From Longivirga aurantiaca (GTDB lineage Bacteria; Actinomycetota; Actinomycetes; S36-B12; CAIYMF01), in assembly GCF_042660085.1 (NCBI RefSeq), contig NZ_JBHSTI010000008.1, positions 2,115,604-2,147,603 of the forward strand: 32,000 nt of DNA, read 5' to 3'. The translations under genes were made by a program, and so were the position numbers. The notes beneath the pieces are model-generated. The model was not told the origin of the DNA. It saw only the letters and a program-made list of their open reading frames with translations, and made no database searches. This document shows, in pieces, positions 1-8,313 of the stretch. Numbering within the stretch: the first letter of the stretch is position 1; each line of letters starts with the position of its first letter.

Positions 1-1
1 C

Positions 2-606
2 GTGATCGGGGTCATCTTCATCGGCGCGCTGTTCGTGAGCTTCGAGCAGTCGCACCGCACCATCCTCGAGGCCGTCGGCGCCCGCGTGGTCGAGGAGGGG
101 CTGTCCGAGCAGCTGTACGAGGCCAACGCACGGCTCGTCCACCGCGCCACCCACGACGACCTCACCGGCCTCGCCAACCGGGCGCTGTTCCGCGACGTCC
201 TCGAGCGCCGCATCCAGGCCGTGCACGTCGGATCCCGTGAGCTTGCGCTGCTCTATCTCGACCTCGACCGGTTCAAGGTCATCAACGACTCGCTCGGCCA
301 CGCCGAGGGCGACGCGCTCCTGCGCGCAGCCTCCGAGCGGCTGCGCAGCGTCGTACGCGGCGACGACTCGCAGTGGTGGCATCGGTCGCCGCGCTCGGCC
401 GGCGCCTGGGGCTGCACGTCACCGCCGAGGGGGTCGAGACCCAGGCGGAGCTCGACGCCGTGGTCGCCGAGGGTGTGAGCACCATCCAGGGCTACCTGTT
501 CTCCCCGCCGGTCAGCGGCGAGGTGCTGCTCGGCTGGCTGCGCGACGGGCCGCCCTGGCTCACCGTCGACCCCGTTGGGACCGCGCTCCGTCGCCGCCAC
601 GACTGA
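2..606 (+). pseudogene. GGDEF-EAL (c-di-GMP turnover) gene remnant with an internal deletion and frame change; 5' end lies outside the window
   Basis: ORF 2..478 reads a hydrophobic segment, a linker and the first half of a GGDEF domain (DDLTGLANRALF, LYLDLDRFKVINDSLGHAEGDALL, VVRGDD). It then runs into Arg/Pro/Ser-rich nonsense without reaching a GG[DE]EF motif. From about 373 a different frame (ORF 373..606) reads only the last ~75 aa of an EAL domain (LGLHVTAEGVETQAELD, IQGYLFSPP). The EAL and DDFGTGYSS-type motifs are absent. Confidence 0.7.
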
Positions 607-618
607 CCCTGGGCAGCG

Positions 619-650
619 CGAAGGCGCCACCCCGGAGGATGGCGCCTTCG
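619..650. terminator. GC-rich hairpin between the convergent 3' ends of the GGDEF-EAL remnant and tRNA-Asn (possible bidirectional terminator)
   Basis: Perfect 10-bp inverted repeat CGAAGGCGCC (619-628) / GGCGCCTTCG (641-650) with a 12-nt loop. It lies 13 nt after the stop at 604-606 and 8 nt beyond the tRNA 3' end. No U-tract. Confidence 0.45.
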
Positions 651-657
651 TCGTCTG

Positions 658-729
658 CTCCCGCGTCTGGATTCGAACCAGAAACCGCCCGATTAACAGT
701 CGGGAGCTCTGCCGTTGAGCTACGCGGGA
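658..729 (-). tRNA. tRNA-Asn (anticodon GTT), 72 nt, CCA not encoded
   Basis: The reverse complement folds by hand into a cloverleaf. Acceptor TCCCGCG/CGCGGGA. D arm GCTC-AACGGCA-GAGC. Anticodon arm CCCGA-CTGTTAA-TCGGG. Variable CGGTT. T arm TCTGG-TTCGAAT-CCAGA. Discriminator G. Confidence 0.9.
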
Positions 730-821
730 TGGTGCACGGCTCGCCCGATCCCTCGGTGGAGCAGCCCGAGGAGGATAGCAAGACCGGAGGGCCCGACCGA
801 AATCGAGTGCAGCCGGGCGGG

Positions 822-1307
822 TCACACGCCGAGCGAGGCCCGCAGCTCGGCCAGGGCGGCGTCCGCCCGGGCGCGGAGCTCGGGGTCGCGGCGGTCGAGG
901 CCGGCGTCGAACACCACCGACCAGCGGAGGTCGGCGGAGCCGGGCACCCGGCGCGCGACGACCCGTGCGCCCTGCGTGCCCGACAGCGTCACGTGGTCCT
1001 GCACGACGATGCTGGCGTTGACCCGCTCGCGCACCACCCCGGCGAGCACGTCGGGAGCCCCGGTGAACGGCACCTGCACCAGCTTCGGTCGACCGCCCGG
1101 CCCGTCCTGCGCCGTGAGGTCGAGGACGCCCTCGGCCCACTGGGCGCGCAGCACGAGGTCCCACGGCACCCGCACCGGGTCGCTGCCCTCGGGCAGGACG
1201 AGCGCCAGCTCGGTGGCGACGACGCTGGAGGCCCCGCTCGGGAGCCACGCCAGCACGCGGTCTCCCCCGGCCCGGGCCTTCACCTCCGGCGGCGTACGGA
1301 ACCTCAC
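822..1307 (-). CDS. Hypothetical protein (161 aa) translationally coupled to dnaG
   Basis: This is the C-terminal part of track ORF 822..3002. GTG at 1307-1305 overlaps the dnaG stop TGA (1306-1304) as GTGA. The sequence from this GTG (RFRTPPEVKARAGGDRVLAWLPSG...ADAALAELRASLGV) has balanced, protein-like composition, whereas the rest of that ORF is an Arg-rich out-of-frame shadow of dnaG. I recognise no motif. Confidence 0.6.
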   Translation of the reverse strand: MRFRTPPEVKARAGGDRVLAWLPSGASSVVATELALVLPEGSDPVRVPWDLVLRAQWAEGVLDLTAQDGPGGRPKLVQVPFTGAPDVLAGVVRERVNASIVVQDHVTLSGTQGARVVARRVPGSADLRWSVVFDAGLDRRDPELRARADAALAELRASLGV

Positions 1308-3193
1308 GAGCCGCCTCCGGCGACCTGCTCGCGGAGGCCGCGCCGGTACTGCTCGAGGGCGAGGACGTCGGCGAAGAGCGCCTGGTAGGTGTCGGGCTCG
1401 CTCGCCGGCTCGATCCGCTGCAGGCGGGCCTTGAGGTCGGTGATCCGGCGCGACGCGTCGATCTCGAGCAGGCGGGCCACCACCGACTGCGCGTAGCGCG
1501 TGTCCATCTCGTCGATCGGTGACGGCTCCACCGCGAGCTCGTGCACCACGGCGCGGACTGCGTCGTCGGGGCACGCGGCGAGCACGGCGTCGAGCCAGGC
1601 GCGGTCCTCGAGCCCGGCCGCCGCTCCCCCGGCCGCGACGATCGCACGGTGCACGGCGATGTACGCCGGCGAGCGGAAGCCCTCGGTCTCGAGCGCGTCG
1701 ACCCACGTGCCGGCGAGCTGCGGGGCCTGCAGGGCAACCTTCAGCGCCTCCCGCTCGACCGATGCGACCTTGTCGCGCGGGTCCGGGCGCGGCAGCCTCG
1801 GGGGCCCGGCGGGCGCGTCCGGGGCCGTCGGCTGCTCGTACGTGCGGCGGCTGGCGGGCGGCTGGGCCTTGCCCGCGGCCTGCACCGCGCGACGCACCTC
1901 GTCGTCCGGGATGGCGAGCCAGCCCGACAGCAGCCGGATGTACTCCGGCCGCAGCGCCTCGTCGCGGATGCGGGCCACCACGGGCGCGGCCGCGCGCAGA
2001 CCGGCCACGCGCCCTTCTGCGCGATCGAGGTCGTGGCCCTTCAGCTCGGTACGGATCGCGAACTCGAACAACGGCACCTTGCGCTCGACGAGCTCGCGCA
2101 CGGCGTCCGGGCCCTGGGCGATGCGCAGGTCGCACGGGTCCATGCCGCTCGGCTCGACGGCGACGAAGGTCTGGGCGGTGAAGCGCTGGTCCTCGGAGAA
2201 GGCCCGCTGCGCGGCCTTCTGGCCCGCGGCGTCGCCGTCGAAGGTGAACACGACCTCGCCGGTGAAGACGCCGTCGTCCATCAGGAGACGGCGCAGCACG
2301 CTGATGTGGTCGGCGCCGAACGACGTGCCGCAGGTGGCGACGGCGGTCTCGACGCCGGACAGGTGCGCGGCCATGACGTCGGTGTAGCCCTCGACGATCA
2401 CGGCCTGCTTGCGCTTGGCGATCTCCTTGCGCGCGAGGTCGATTCCGTAGAGCACCTGGCTCTTCTTGTAGAGCGGGGTCTCCGGGGTGTTGAGGTACTT
2501 CGGTCCCTCGTCGTCGTCGTACAGCTTGCGGGCGCCGAAGCCGACGACGTCGCCGGAGGTGTCGCGGATCGGCCACACCAGGCGGCCGCGGAACCGGTCG
2601 TAGATGCCGCGCTGGCCGCCGCGGGCGACGAGCCCCACCTCGACGAGCTGGTCGTCGGTGAACCCCTTGCTCCGCAGGTGGCCGAGCAGGACGTCCCAGC
2701 CCTTGGGCGCGTAGCCGACGCCGAAGGTCTTCGCGGCCTCGGAGTCGAACCCGCGCTCGGTGAGGAAGCGGCGCCCGGTCTCGGCCTCGGGGCTCGCGAG
2801 CCGCTCGACGAAGAAGGCTGCGGCGGTCTTGTTGGCCTCGACGAGGCGGCTGCGGTTGCCGGCCTGCCGCCCGGGCGCGGCCGAGCCCTCGGTGTAGCGG
2901 AGGGTGACGCCGTACCGCCCGGCGAGCTTCTCGACCGCCTCGGTGAACGAGAGGTGGTCGATCTTGCGGAGGAACCCGATGACGTCGCCGCCCTCGCCGC
3001 ACCCGAAGCAGTACCAGGCGCCCTTGGCGGGGCTGATCGAGAAGGACGGGCTCCGCTCGTCGTGGAACGGGCAGAGGCCCTTGAGGCTGCCCCCGCCGGC
3101 TGACTTCAGGGTGACGTAGTCGCGCACGACCTCGTCGATCCGGGCCTTCTCGCGCACGAGGACGACGTCCTCGTCACGGATACGGCCAGCCAC
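1304..3193 (-). CDS. dnaG: DNA primase
   Basis: N-terminal zinc-ribbon CPFHDERSPSFSISPAKGAWYCFGCGEGGD. Primase core FDSEAAKTFGVGYAP...RFRGRLVWPI. TOPRIM AVIVEGYTDVMAAH...FDGDAAGQKAA. 629 aa. Confidence 0.97.
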   Translation of the reverse strand: MAGRIRDEDVVLVREKARIDEVVRDYVTLKSAGGGSLKGLCPFHDERSPSFSISPAKGAWYCFGCGEGGDVIGFLRKIDHLSFTEAVEKLAGRYGVTLRYTEGSAAPGRQAGNRSRLVEANKTAAAFFVERLASPEAETGRRFLTERGFDSEAAKTFGVGYAPKGWDVLLGHLRSKGFTDDQLVEVGLVARGGQRGIYDRFRGRLVWPIRDTSGDVVGFGARKLYDDDEGPKYLNTPETPLYKKSQVLYGIDLARKEIAKRKQAVIVEGYTDVMAAHLSGVETAVATCGTSFGADHISVLRRLLMDDGVFTGEVVFTFDGDAAGQKAAQRAFSEDQRFTAQTFVAVEPSGMDPCDLRIAQGPDAVRELVERKVPLFEFAIRTELKGHDLDRAEGRVAGLRAAAPVVARIRDEALRPEYIRLLSGWLAIPDDEVRRAVQAAGKAQPPASRRTYEQPTAPDAPAGPPRLPRPDPRDKVASVEREALKVALQAPQLAGTWVDALETEGFRSPAYIAVHRAIVAAGGAAAGLEDRAWLDAVLAACPDDAVRAVVHELAVEPSPIDEMDTRYAQSVVARLLEIDASRRITDLKARLQRIEPASEPDTYQALFADVLALEQYRRGLREQVAGGGS

Positions 3194-3332
3194 GTCGTGA
3201 TCCTACGGACCCCGTCCAACTGGGGCGGCCGGCCCTTCCCCAGGTGTTCTCAGGTGGGCTGGGAGCGGAACCCTGCGCGAGGCGGCAGTTTCCCGGCGGC
3301 ACGGCGTAGTCCGGCTGTGGTGGGATCGCCGC

Positions 3333-4526
3333 GTGACCGACTCAGCGCTCCTCGCCCGCCTCCGCGCCGACACCCCGGGGTGCCTCACCCAGGTGCACCT
3401 CAACAACGCGGGTGCCGCGCTCGCTCCGTCCGTGGTGCTGGACGCCGTCAGCGCGCACCTGCACCGCGAGGCGGAGATCGGCGGTTACGAGGCCGCGGCC
3501 GAGGCCGGCGACCGGCTGCAGGCGGTCTACGCCTCGCTCGGCCGGCTGGTGGGCGCTCCGGCGTCGTCCATCGCCCTCACCTCCAGCGCCACCGACTCGT
3601 TCCTGCGTGCGTTCCTCTCGATCCCGTTCGAGGCCGGCGACCGCGTGCTCGTGGCGCAGGCGGAGTACGCCAGCAACGTCATCCCGGTGCTCCAGGCGAC
3701 GCGCCGACTCGGCATCACCGTCGAGGCGGTTCCCGACGGCGCCGACGGAGCGCTCGACCCCGAGGCCCTGCGCGCGATGCTCGACGAGCGCGTGAAGCTG
3801 GTCTCGATCGTGCACGCGCCGAGCCACAACGGCCTGCTCAACCCCGCCGAGGCCGTGGGCCAGGTGCTGCGCGAGAGCGGCAGCGAGGCCTGGTACCTGC
3901 TCGACGCCTGCCAGTCGGTCGGGCAGATGCCGCTCGACCTCGCCGCGATCGGCGCCGACTTCCTGAGCGCCACCGGCCGCAAGTTCCTGCGCGGCCCGCG
4001 CGGCACCGGGTTCCTCGCACTGTCGGACCGCGCGCTGTCGCTCGAGCCGGCGCTCCTCGACCTGCACTCGGCCGAATGGGTCGACGACGACGAGTTCACG
4101 GTGATCGACGGCGGCGGCCGCTACGAGCAGTGGGAGCGCAGCCCTGCCCTGCTCCTCGGCCTCGGTGCCGCCGCCGACTACGCGCTCGGGCTCGGCCTCG
4201 ACACCACCCGGAGCCTGATCATGACCGCGGCCGATCGCATCCGTGCGGGCCTTGCGGAGATCCCGGGTGTCGTCGTGCGCGACCGTGGCAGCGTGCGAAC
4301 CGGCATCGTGGTGTTCACGGTCGAGGGTCGGGCAGCTGCCGACGTGCACCGGGCCGTGAAGGCGTCCGGTGTCAACGTGAGCCTGTCGCCGCCCGACTAC
4401 GCGCTGCGCGACTTCCGCGCGCAGGGCATCGAGGGCCAGGTGCGCGTGAGCCCGCACGTGTACACCGACGACGGCGACATCGAGGCACTTCTCCGCGCGG
4501 TGCGCGGGGCCGTCGTCGCCCCCTGA
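3333..4526 (+). CDS. Class V aminotransferase-fold PLP-dependent enzyme (not an obvious cysteine desulfurase)
   Basis: 397 aa with a GTG start. Shows the typical fold-type I class V layout: HLNNAGAA near the N-terminus, VSIVHAPSHNG, LLDACQSVGQMP, the PLP-lysine motif SATGRKFLRGPRGTGFL, and C-terminal VRVSPHVYTDDGDIEALL. There is no cysteine in the C-terminal third, where SufS/IscS enzymes carry the catalytic Cys. Confidence 0.88.
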   Translation: MTDSALLARLRADTPGCLTQVHLNNAGAALAPSVVLDAVSAHLHREAEIGGYEAAAEAGDRLQAVYASLGRLVGAPASSIALTSSATDSFLRAFLSIPFEAGDRVLVAQAEYASNVIPVLQATRRLGITVEAVPDGADGALDPEALRAMLDERVKLVSIVHAPSHNGLLNPAEAVGQVLRESGSEAWYLLDACQSVGQMPLDLAAIGADFLSATGRKFLRGPRGTGFLALSDRALSLEPALLDLHSAEWVDDDEFTVIDGGGRYEQWERSPALLLGLGAAADYALGLGLDTTRSLIMTAADRIRAGLAEIPGVVVRDRGSVRTGIVVFTVEGRAAADVHRAVKASGVNVSLSPPDYALRDFRAQGIEGQVRVSPHVYTDDGDIEALLRAVRGAVVAP

Positions 4527-4663
4527 GGGCGGATAGGCAACCCTTACAACCCCGCGTGGCACAACACCTTTCGGGCGATAGTGGCTGCGAGCACCTGGTC
4601 CCGCGCCCCACACTGGGCGAGGGACGGGCCCGAGCCGGGCCCGGGTGACCGGTGGGAGCACCG

Positions 4664-6253
4664 ATGCCCGACCAGGTGCGGATCGACCTGACCGTCGACG
4701 CCGGGGCACGTGCGCTCGACCGGCTGTCGGTGGAGGGCGCCGCGCCCTCGCTGCGCGCGACCGACGACCTCGAGGACTTCGACGACGCCGCCTTCCGCGC
4801 CCTGCAGATGCGCCTGGCGGACATGTGGCCCGGGATGACCCTCCGCACCGTCGAGTCGATGGACCGCGCGATCCTCGTCGTCTCCTCGATCACCGCCGAC
4901 ATCCCGGCCCTCGAGCAGGTGCTCGCGGCGTACGAGGAGCGCTACCTCTTCCTGGTGCTGGCACTGGCCCGCAGCCCCCGTACGCATGTCGTCTACGTGA
5001 CGTCGGTGCCGATGCTGCGCAGGCTGGTGGACTACTACCTCTCCATGCAGCCGGGCGACCACAGCGACCTCTACAAGCGGCTCACCGTCATCAGCATCGG
5101 CGACCACTCGCACCTGCCGCTCACCAACAAGATCCTCGAGCGGCCGCGGGTGATGGCCCGCATGCGGCAGATCGCGCACGAGCACGAGCACGCGCTGCTG
5201 CTGCCGTTCATGACCACGCGCAACGAGGCCGAGCTCGCCCTGGCCCTCGACGTCCCCCTCTACGGCACCCACCCCGCTCTCGTGCACCTCGGCACCAAGA
5301 CGGGCAGCCGGTCGGTGTTCGCCGCAGCGGGCGTGCCCTTCGCACCCGGGGTCGACGGCGTGCGCACGGCGCAGGAGGTCGCCGACGCGATCACCGCGCT
5401 CCGGCACGACCATCCCGGCACGCGCCGGTTCGTGGTCAAGATCGACGACGGTGTGGGCGGCCTCGGCAACGCGCTGGTCGAGCCCGGGCTCCTCTCGCCC
5501 ATCACCGCGGACGACGTCGTACGGCTGCTGCACCCGGAGGACCAGGGCTTCTCCCCTGCCGACTTCCTCGCCTCGCTCGCCGTGACCGGCGGCGTGGTCG
5601 AGGTGTGGCTCGACGGTCTCGAGGTGCAGAGCCCGAGCGTGCAGCTGCGGGCGAGCCCGCTGCGCCAGGTCGAGGTGCTCTCGACGCACGACCAGCTGCT
5701 CGGCGGCCCGAACGGCCAGACCTTCCTCGGCTGCGAGTTCCCTGCTCGCGACGAGTTCATCGGCGTCCTCACCCGGCACGGCCGCGCGATCGGGCGCGAG
5801 CTCGCCCGGCGCGGCGTCGTCGGCCGCTTCGCCGTCGACTTCGTGATGGTGCGCCGCGACGACGGCTGGCACGCCTACGCGATCGAGATCAACCTCCGCA
5901 ACGGCGGCACGACCCATCCCGCGCTCACGCTGCTCGGCCTCACCGACGGCAAGTACGACGAGGACTCGGGCCTCTTCCTCGCGGACGACGGCCCGCGCTA
6001 CTACGTCGCGAGCGACCACGTCGAGCACCCGGAGTACCGCCAGCTCACGCCCGACGATGTCCTCGACCTGATCCGCGACTCGGACATCGCCTGGGACCCG
6101 GTCACGCAGGTCGGCGTCGCGCTGCACATGGTGTCGGCGGTCGCCGTCGCCGGCCGCGTGGGCGCGACCGCCATCGGGCGCACGCGCGAGGAGGCCCGCG
6201 ACCTCTTCGACCGCACCGCCCACATGCTCGACACCGCCGTCGGCCTCGCCTGA
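4664..6253 (+). CDS. ATP-grasp superfamily ligase with pre-ATP-grasp N-domain (PGM1-like peptide ligase family)
   Basis: Track ORF 4652..6253. ATG at 4664 is preceded by GGGAG (4654-4658), so I prefer it over the GTG at 4652. N-terminal region: ILVVSSITAD...YEERYLFLVLALARSPRTHVVYVTSVPM...VDYYLSM...LTNKILERPRVMARMRQ. Then LGTKTGSRSVFAAAGVPFAPG, FVVKIDDGVGGLGNA and FAVDFVMVRRDDGWHAYAIEINLRNGGTTHP, which match ATP-grasp core strands. The family assignment is from memory of PGM1-related proteins. Confidence 0.78.
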   Translation: MPDQVRIDLTVDAGARALDRLSVEGAAPSLRATDDLEDFDDAAFRALQMRLADMWPGMTLRTVESMDRAILVVSSITADIPALEQVLAAYEERYLFLVLALARSPRTHVVYVTSVPMLRRLVDYYLSMQPGDHSDLYKRLTVISIGDHSHLPLTNKILERPRVMARMRQIAHEHEHALLLPFMTTRNEAELALALDVPLYGTHPALVHLGTKTGSRSVFAAAGVPFAPGVDGVRTAQEVADAITALRHDHPGTRRFVVKIDDGVGGLGNALVEPGLLSPITADDVVRLLHPEDQGFSPADFLASLAVTGGVVEVWLDGLEVQSPSVQLRASPLRQVEVLSTHDQLLGGPNGQTFLGCEFPARDEFIGVLTRHGRAIGRELARRGVVGRFAVDFVMVRRDDGWHAYAIEINLRNGGTTHPALTLLGLTDGKYDEDSGLFLADDGPRYYVASDHVEHPEYRQLTPDDVLDLIRDSDIAWDPVTQVGVALHMVSAVAVAGRVGATAIGRTREEARDLFDRTAHMLDTAVGLA

Positions 6254-6309
6254 CCCGATGTGGTAGTGGTAAGTCGCGGTATACCGCGACTTACCACTAC
6301 CAAATCGGG
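6254..6309. repeat. 56-bp near-perfect palindrome filling the convergent intergenic gap (probable bidirectional terminator or protein-binding site)
   Basis: Arms 6261-6281 (TGGTAGTGGTAAGTCGCGGTA) and 6282-6302 (TACCGCGACTTACCACTACCA) are exact reverse complements with no loop. A further 6-bp pair CCCGAT (6254-6259) / ATCGGG (6304-6309) flanks a single mismatch (6260 vs 6303). About 55% GC by my count, against a much higher-GC background. It starts 1 nt after the stop at 6251-6253 and ends 3 nt before the dgt stop at 6312-6314. Confidence 0.85.
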
Positions 6310-6311
6310 GG

Positions 6312-7574
6312 TTAGGAGCAGAGGTCGGCGTACCAGGCGAGCACGCTGCGGTCGGTGAGACTGGCGACCTGGTCGACCACCACACGCAGCCGCGCTGCGT
6401 CGTCGCCGGCCGCGTCCCAGGCTGCACGGAAGACGGGGTCGAGCACCTCGGGCGCGCGCAGCCGGATCGCGGCGACGAGCTCGTGGATCACCTCGCGCTG
6501 GCGCGAGTACACGTCCTCGGCGCCCTCGCGCTGCATCACCCAGAGGTTCGCGACCGCCTTCAGCACCGCCACCTCGAGCCGCTGCTCGCGCGGCACCTCC
6601 AGGGTCGCGGCGTAGCGGGTGAGGTGTCCGTCGCCCCACTGCGCGCGGGTCGCGCGCTCGGCGGCCGAGGCGAACCGCCCGATCAGCTGCGAGGTCAGGT
6701 TCTTCAGAGTCGCGAGATCGCGCAGCGATCCGTCGTACGCCGAGGGCCAGAACGACAGCGCCGTGAGCCGGTCCAGGGCCGCGCCGAGCTCCGCGACGTC
6801 GGAGTCGGGCGCGTACGCCGCAGCCACGGCGAGCAGCCCCGCGCGGTCGACCGAGCCGCCGATCGCGCGGATGTCGAGATGGCCGGCCACCACGGCGTCC
6901 TCCACGTCGTGCACGCAGTAGGCGACGTCGTCCGCCCAGTCCATCACCTGCGCCTCGAAGCAGGTACGGCCGTCGGGGGCGCCGTGGCGCAGCCAGGTGA
7001 AGACGTCGAGGTCGTCGTCGTACACGCCGAACTTGCGCCTGCCCTCCTCGCGCTGCCACGGGTACTTCGTGGCGGCGTCGAGCGCGGCCCGCGTGAGGTT
7101 GAGGCCCACCGGGAGGCCGGGACGCGGGCCGCCCTCGCTGCCGAACGTCTTGGCCTCGAGCCGGGTGAGGATGCGGAGCGACTGCGCGTTGCCCTCGAAG
7201 CCGCCGACGGCCGACGCCGCCTCGGCGAGCGCGTCCTCGCCGTTGTGGCCGAACGGCGGGTGGCCGAGGTCGTGCGACAGGCACGCGACCTCGACGAGGT
7301 CGGGGTCGCAGCCGAGCGCGAGGCCGAGCTCGCGGCCGACCTGCGCGCACTCGAGCGAGTGCGTGAGCCGCGTGCGCAGGAAGTCGCTCTCCCCGGCCGC
7401 GAGCACCTGGGTCTTGGCCGCCAGGCGACGCAGCGCGGCCGAGTGCAGCACGCGGGCGCGGTCGCGCGCGAACGCCGTACGACCGGCGCGCTTGGGCGGC
7501 TCGACCACCCAGCGGGCCTCGTCGTGGGACGCGTAGCCCTCGGAGAGGCGGTCGTCGTCGGGGTGAGTCATCAC
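6312..7574 (-). CDS. dgt: dGTP triphosphohydrolase-like HD-domain protein
   Basis: [42 protein letters not shown], and the HD motif [19 protein letters not shown]. About 420 aa. The start is either GTG 7574 or the adjacent ATG 7571. Confidence 0.93.
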   Translation of the reverse strand: MMTHPDDDRLSEGYASHDEARWVVEPPKRAGRTAFARDRARVLHSAALRRLAAKTQVLAAGESDFLRTRLTHSLECAQVGRELGLALGCDPDLVEVACLSHDLGHPPFGHNGEDALAEAASAVGGFEGNAQSLRILTRLEAKTFGSEGGPRPGLPVGLNLTRAALDAATKYPWQREEGRRKFGVYDDDLDVFTWLRHGAPDGRTCFEAQVMDWADDVAYCVHDVEDAVVAGHLDIRAIGGSVDRAGLLAVAAAYAPDSDVAELGAALDRLTALSFWPSAYDGSLRDLATLKNLTSQLIGRFASAAERATRAQWGDGHLTRYAATLEVPREQRLEVAVLKAVANLWVMQREGAEDVYSRQREVIHELVAAIRLRAPEVLDPVFRAAWDAAGDDAARLRVVVDQVASLTDRSVLAWYADLCS

Positions 7575-7602
7575 CCGCGACCCTAGCGACCCGCGGGCCG
7601 GC

Positions 7603-8265
7603 TCACAGTCCGACGACCTGCTCGACCGACCAGCGCTCGACCGTCCAGAACCGCAGCAGGCCGGCGGTCTCGCGGGCGATGTAGTCGAGCGTGAGGCTCG
7701 AGCCGGCTCCGCTCTGGGTCGGCGACCCGTGCGCGTCGATGCCGAGCGCCCTGGCCATCGCGAGGCTCCGGGCCTCGTGCGCCGGGTCGGTCACGATGGT
7801 GGCCGAGGTCCAGCCCTTCGCGGCCATCTTCTCCGCGACGGCGGTGAGGCTCGTGAGCGTGTCGCTCCCGGTCGGCACCGGGGTGATCCACGCGCGCGGC
7901 ACACCCGCGTCCACGAGCCAGTCGCGACCGGCCTGCGCCTCGGTCGTGATGTCGCCGGGCTGCTTGCCGCCGACGGTGATGATGCGCGGGGCGACGTCGT
8001 CGGCGTGCAGGGCGGCGGCGTGCTCGAGCCTGGCCTCGAGCACCGGGCTGGGCTTCCCCCAGAACTGTGCAGCACCGAGCACGACGATGGCGTCCGTCGG
8101 GGTCCGGTCGTCGTTGCGGGCCGTCAGGACGACGACCGTGGCTCCGACCAGAGGCAGCAGCACACCGGCCACGAGCACCAGCGCCACGAGGAGGCCGAGG
8201 AAGGCATGCACGGGCGACCGTCGGCGCGCATGCACCACCGGGTCGGCCTGGGTCCGCACCGCCAT
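7603..8265 (-). CDS. YdcF/ElyC-like DUF218 membrane-anchored protein
   Basis: 220 aa. N-terminal TM helix ([26 protein letters not shown]), followed by AIVVLGAAQ...[16 protein letters not shown]...IITVGGK...[10 protein letters not shown]...TLTSL...[11 protein letters not shown], the pattern I associate with DUF218. Confidence 0.78.
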   Translation of the reverse strand: MAVRTQADPVVHARRRSPVHAFLGLLVALVLVAGVLLPLVGATVVVLTARNDDRTPTDAIVVLGAAQFWGKPSPVLEARLEHAAALHADDVAPRIITVGGKQPGDITTEAQAGRDWLVDAGVPRAWITPVPTGSDTLTSLTAVAEKMAAKGWTSATIVTDPAHEARSLAMARALGIDAHGSPTQSGAGSSLTLDYIARETAGLLRFWTVERWSVEQVVGL

Positions 8266-8313
8266 GGGTCCAGTGTCACCGATGACGGCGCACCCGCAGA
8301 ACCGGGCGGCCCG

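Noticed and set aside
658-729. tRNA-Asn as an integration site (attB) for a mobile element
   Set aside because: There is no integrase, no duplicated tRNA 3' segment and no compositional island next to it in this window. The adjacent decayed GGDEF-EAL gene is the only hint of rearrangement.
253-1737. Long minus-strand ORF (494 aa) and the overlapping plus-strand ORFs 237..1388 and 715..1434, which span the tRNA and dnaG 3' region
   Set aside because: They have extreme Arg/Pro/Ala/Ser composition and run straight through a well-folded tRNA-Asn gene and the dnaG coding frame. These are typical high-GC frame shadows.
1308-3002. Upstream 565 codons of ORF 822..3002 (minus strand), and ORFs 1541..3103 and 1500..2387 (plus strand)
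   Set aside because: They overlap dnaG completely in other frames, are Arg/Gly/Pro-rich and show no motifs. Only the part downstream of the dnaG stop (822-1307) is kept.
4557-4575. TGGCAC...CTTTC resembling a sigma-54 -24/-12 element
   Set aside because: The -12 TTGC is absent, the spacing is wrong, and Actinobacteria generally lack sigma-54.
4556-4648. 30-codon GTG ORF (VAQHLSGDSGCEHLVPRPTLGEGRARAGPG) in the spacer before the ATP-grasp ligase, considered as a possible precursor peptide for a PGM1-like enzyme
   Set aside because: It has no SD, and its first ~10 codons have A/T-ending codons unlike genuine genes here. It is simply the tail of shadow ORF 3197..4648. It would be worth re-examining only if homologous spacers conserve the peptide.
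4544-6427. 627-aa minus-strand ORF and 556-aa plus-strand ORF (4645..6315) overlapping the ATP-grasp gene
   Set aside because: They are antisense or out-of-frame to a frame with clear ATP-grasp motifs. Both read through the 56-bp palindrome, which is why both contain GKSRYTATYHY. The composition is not protein-like.
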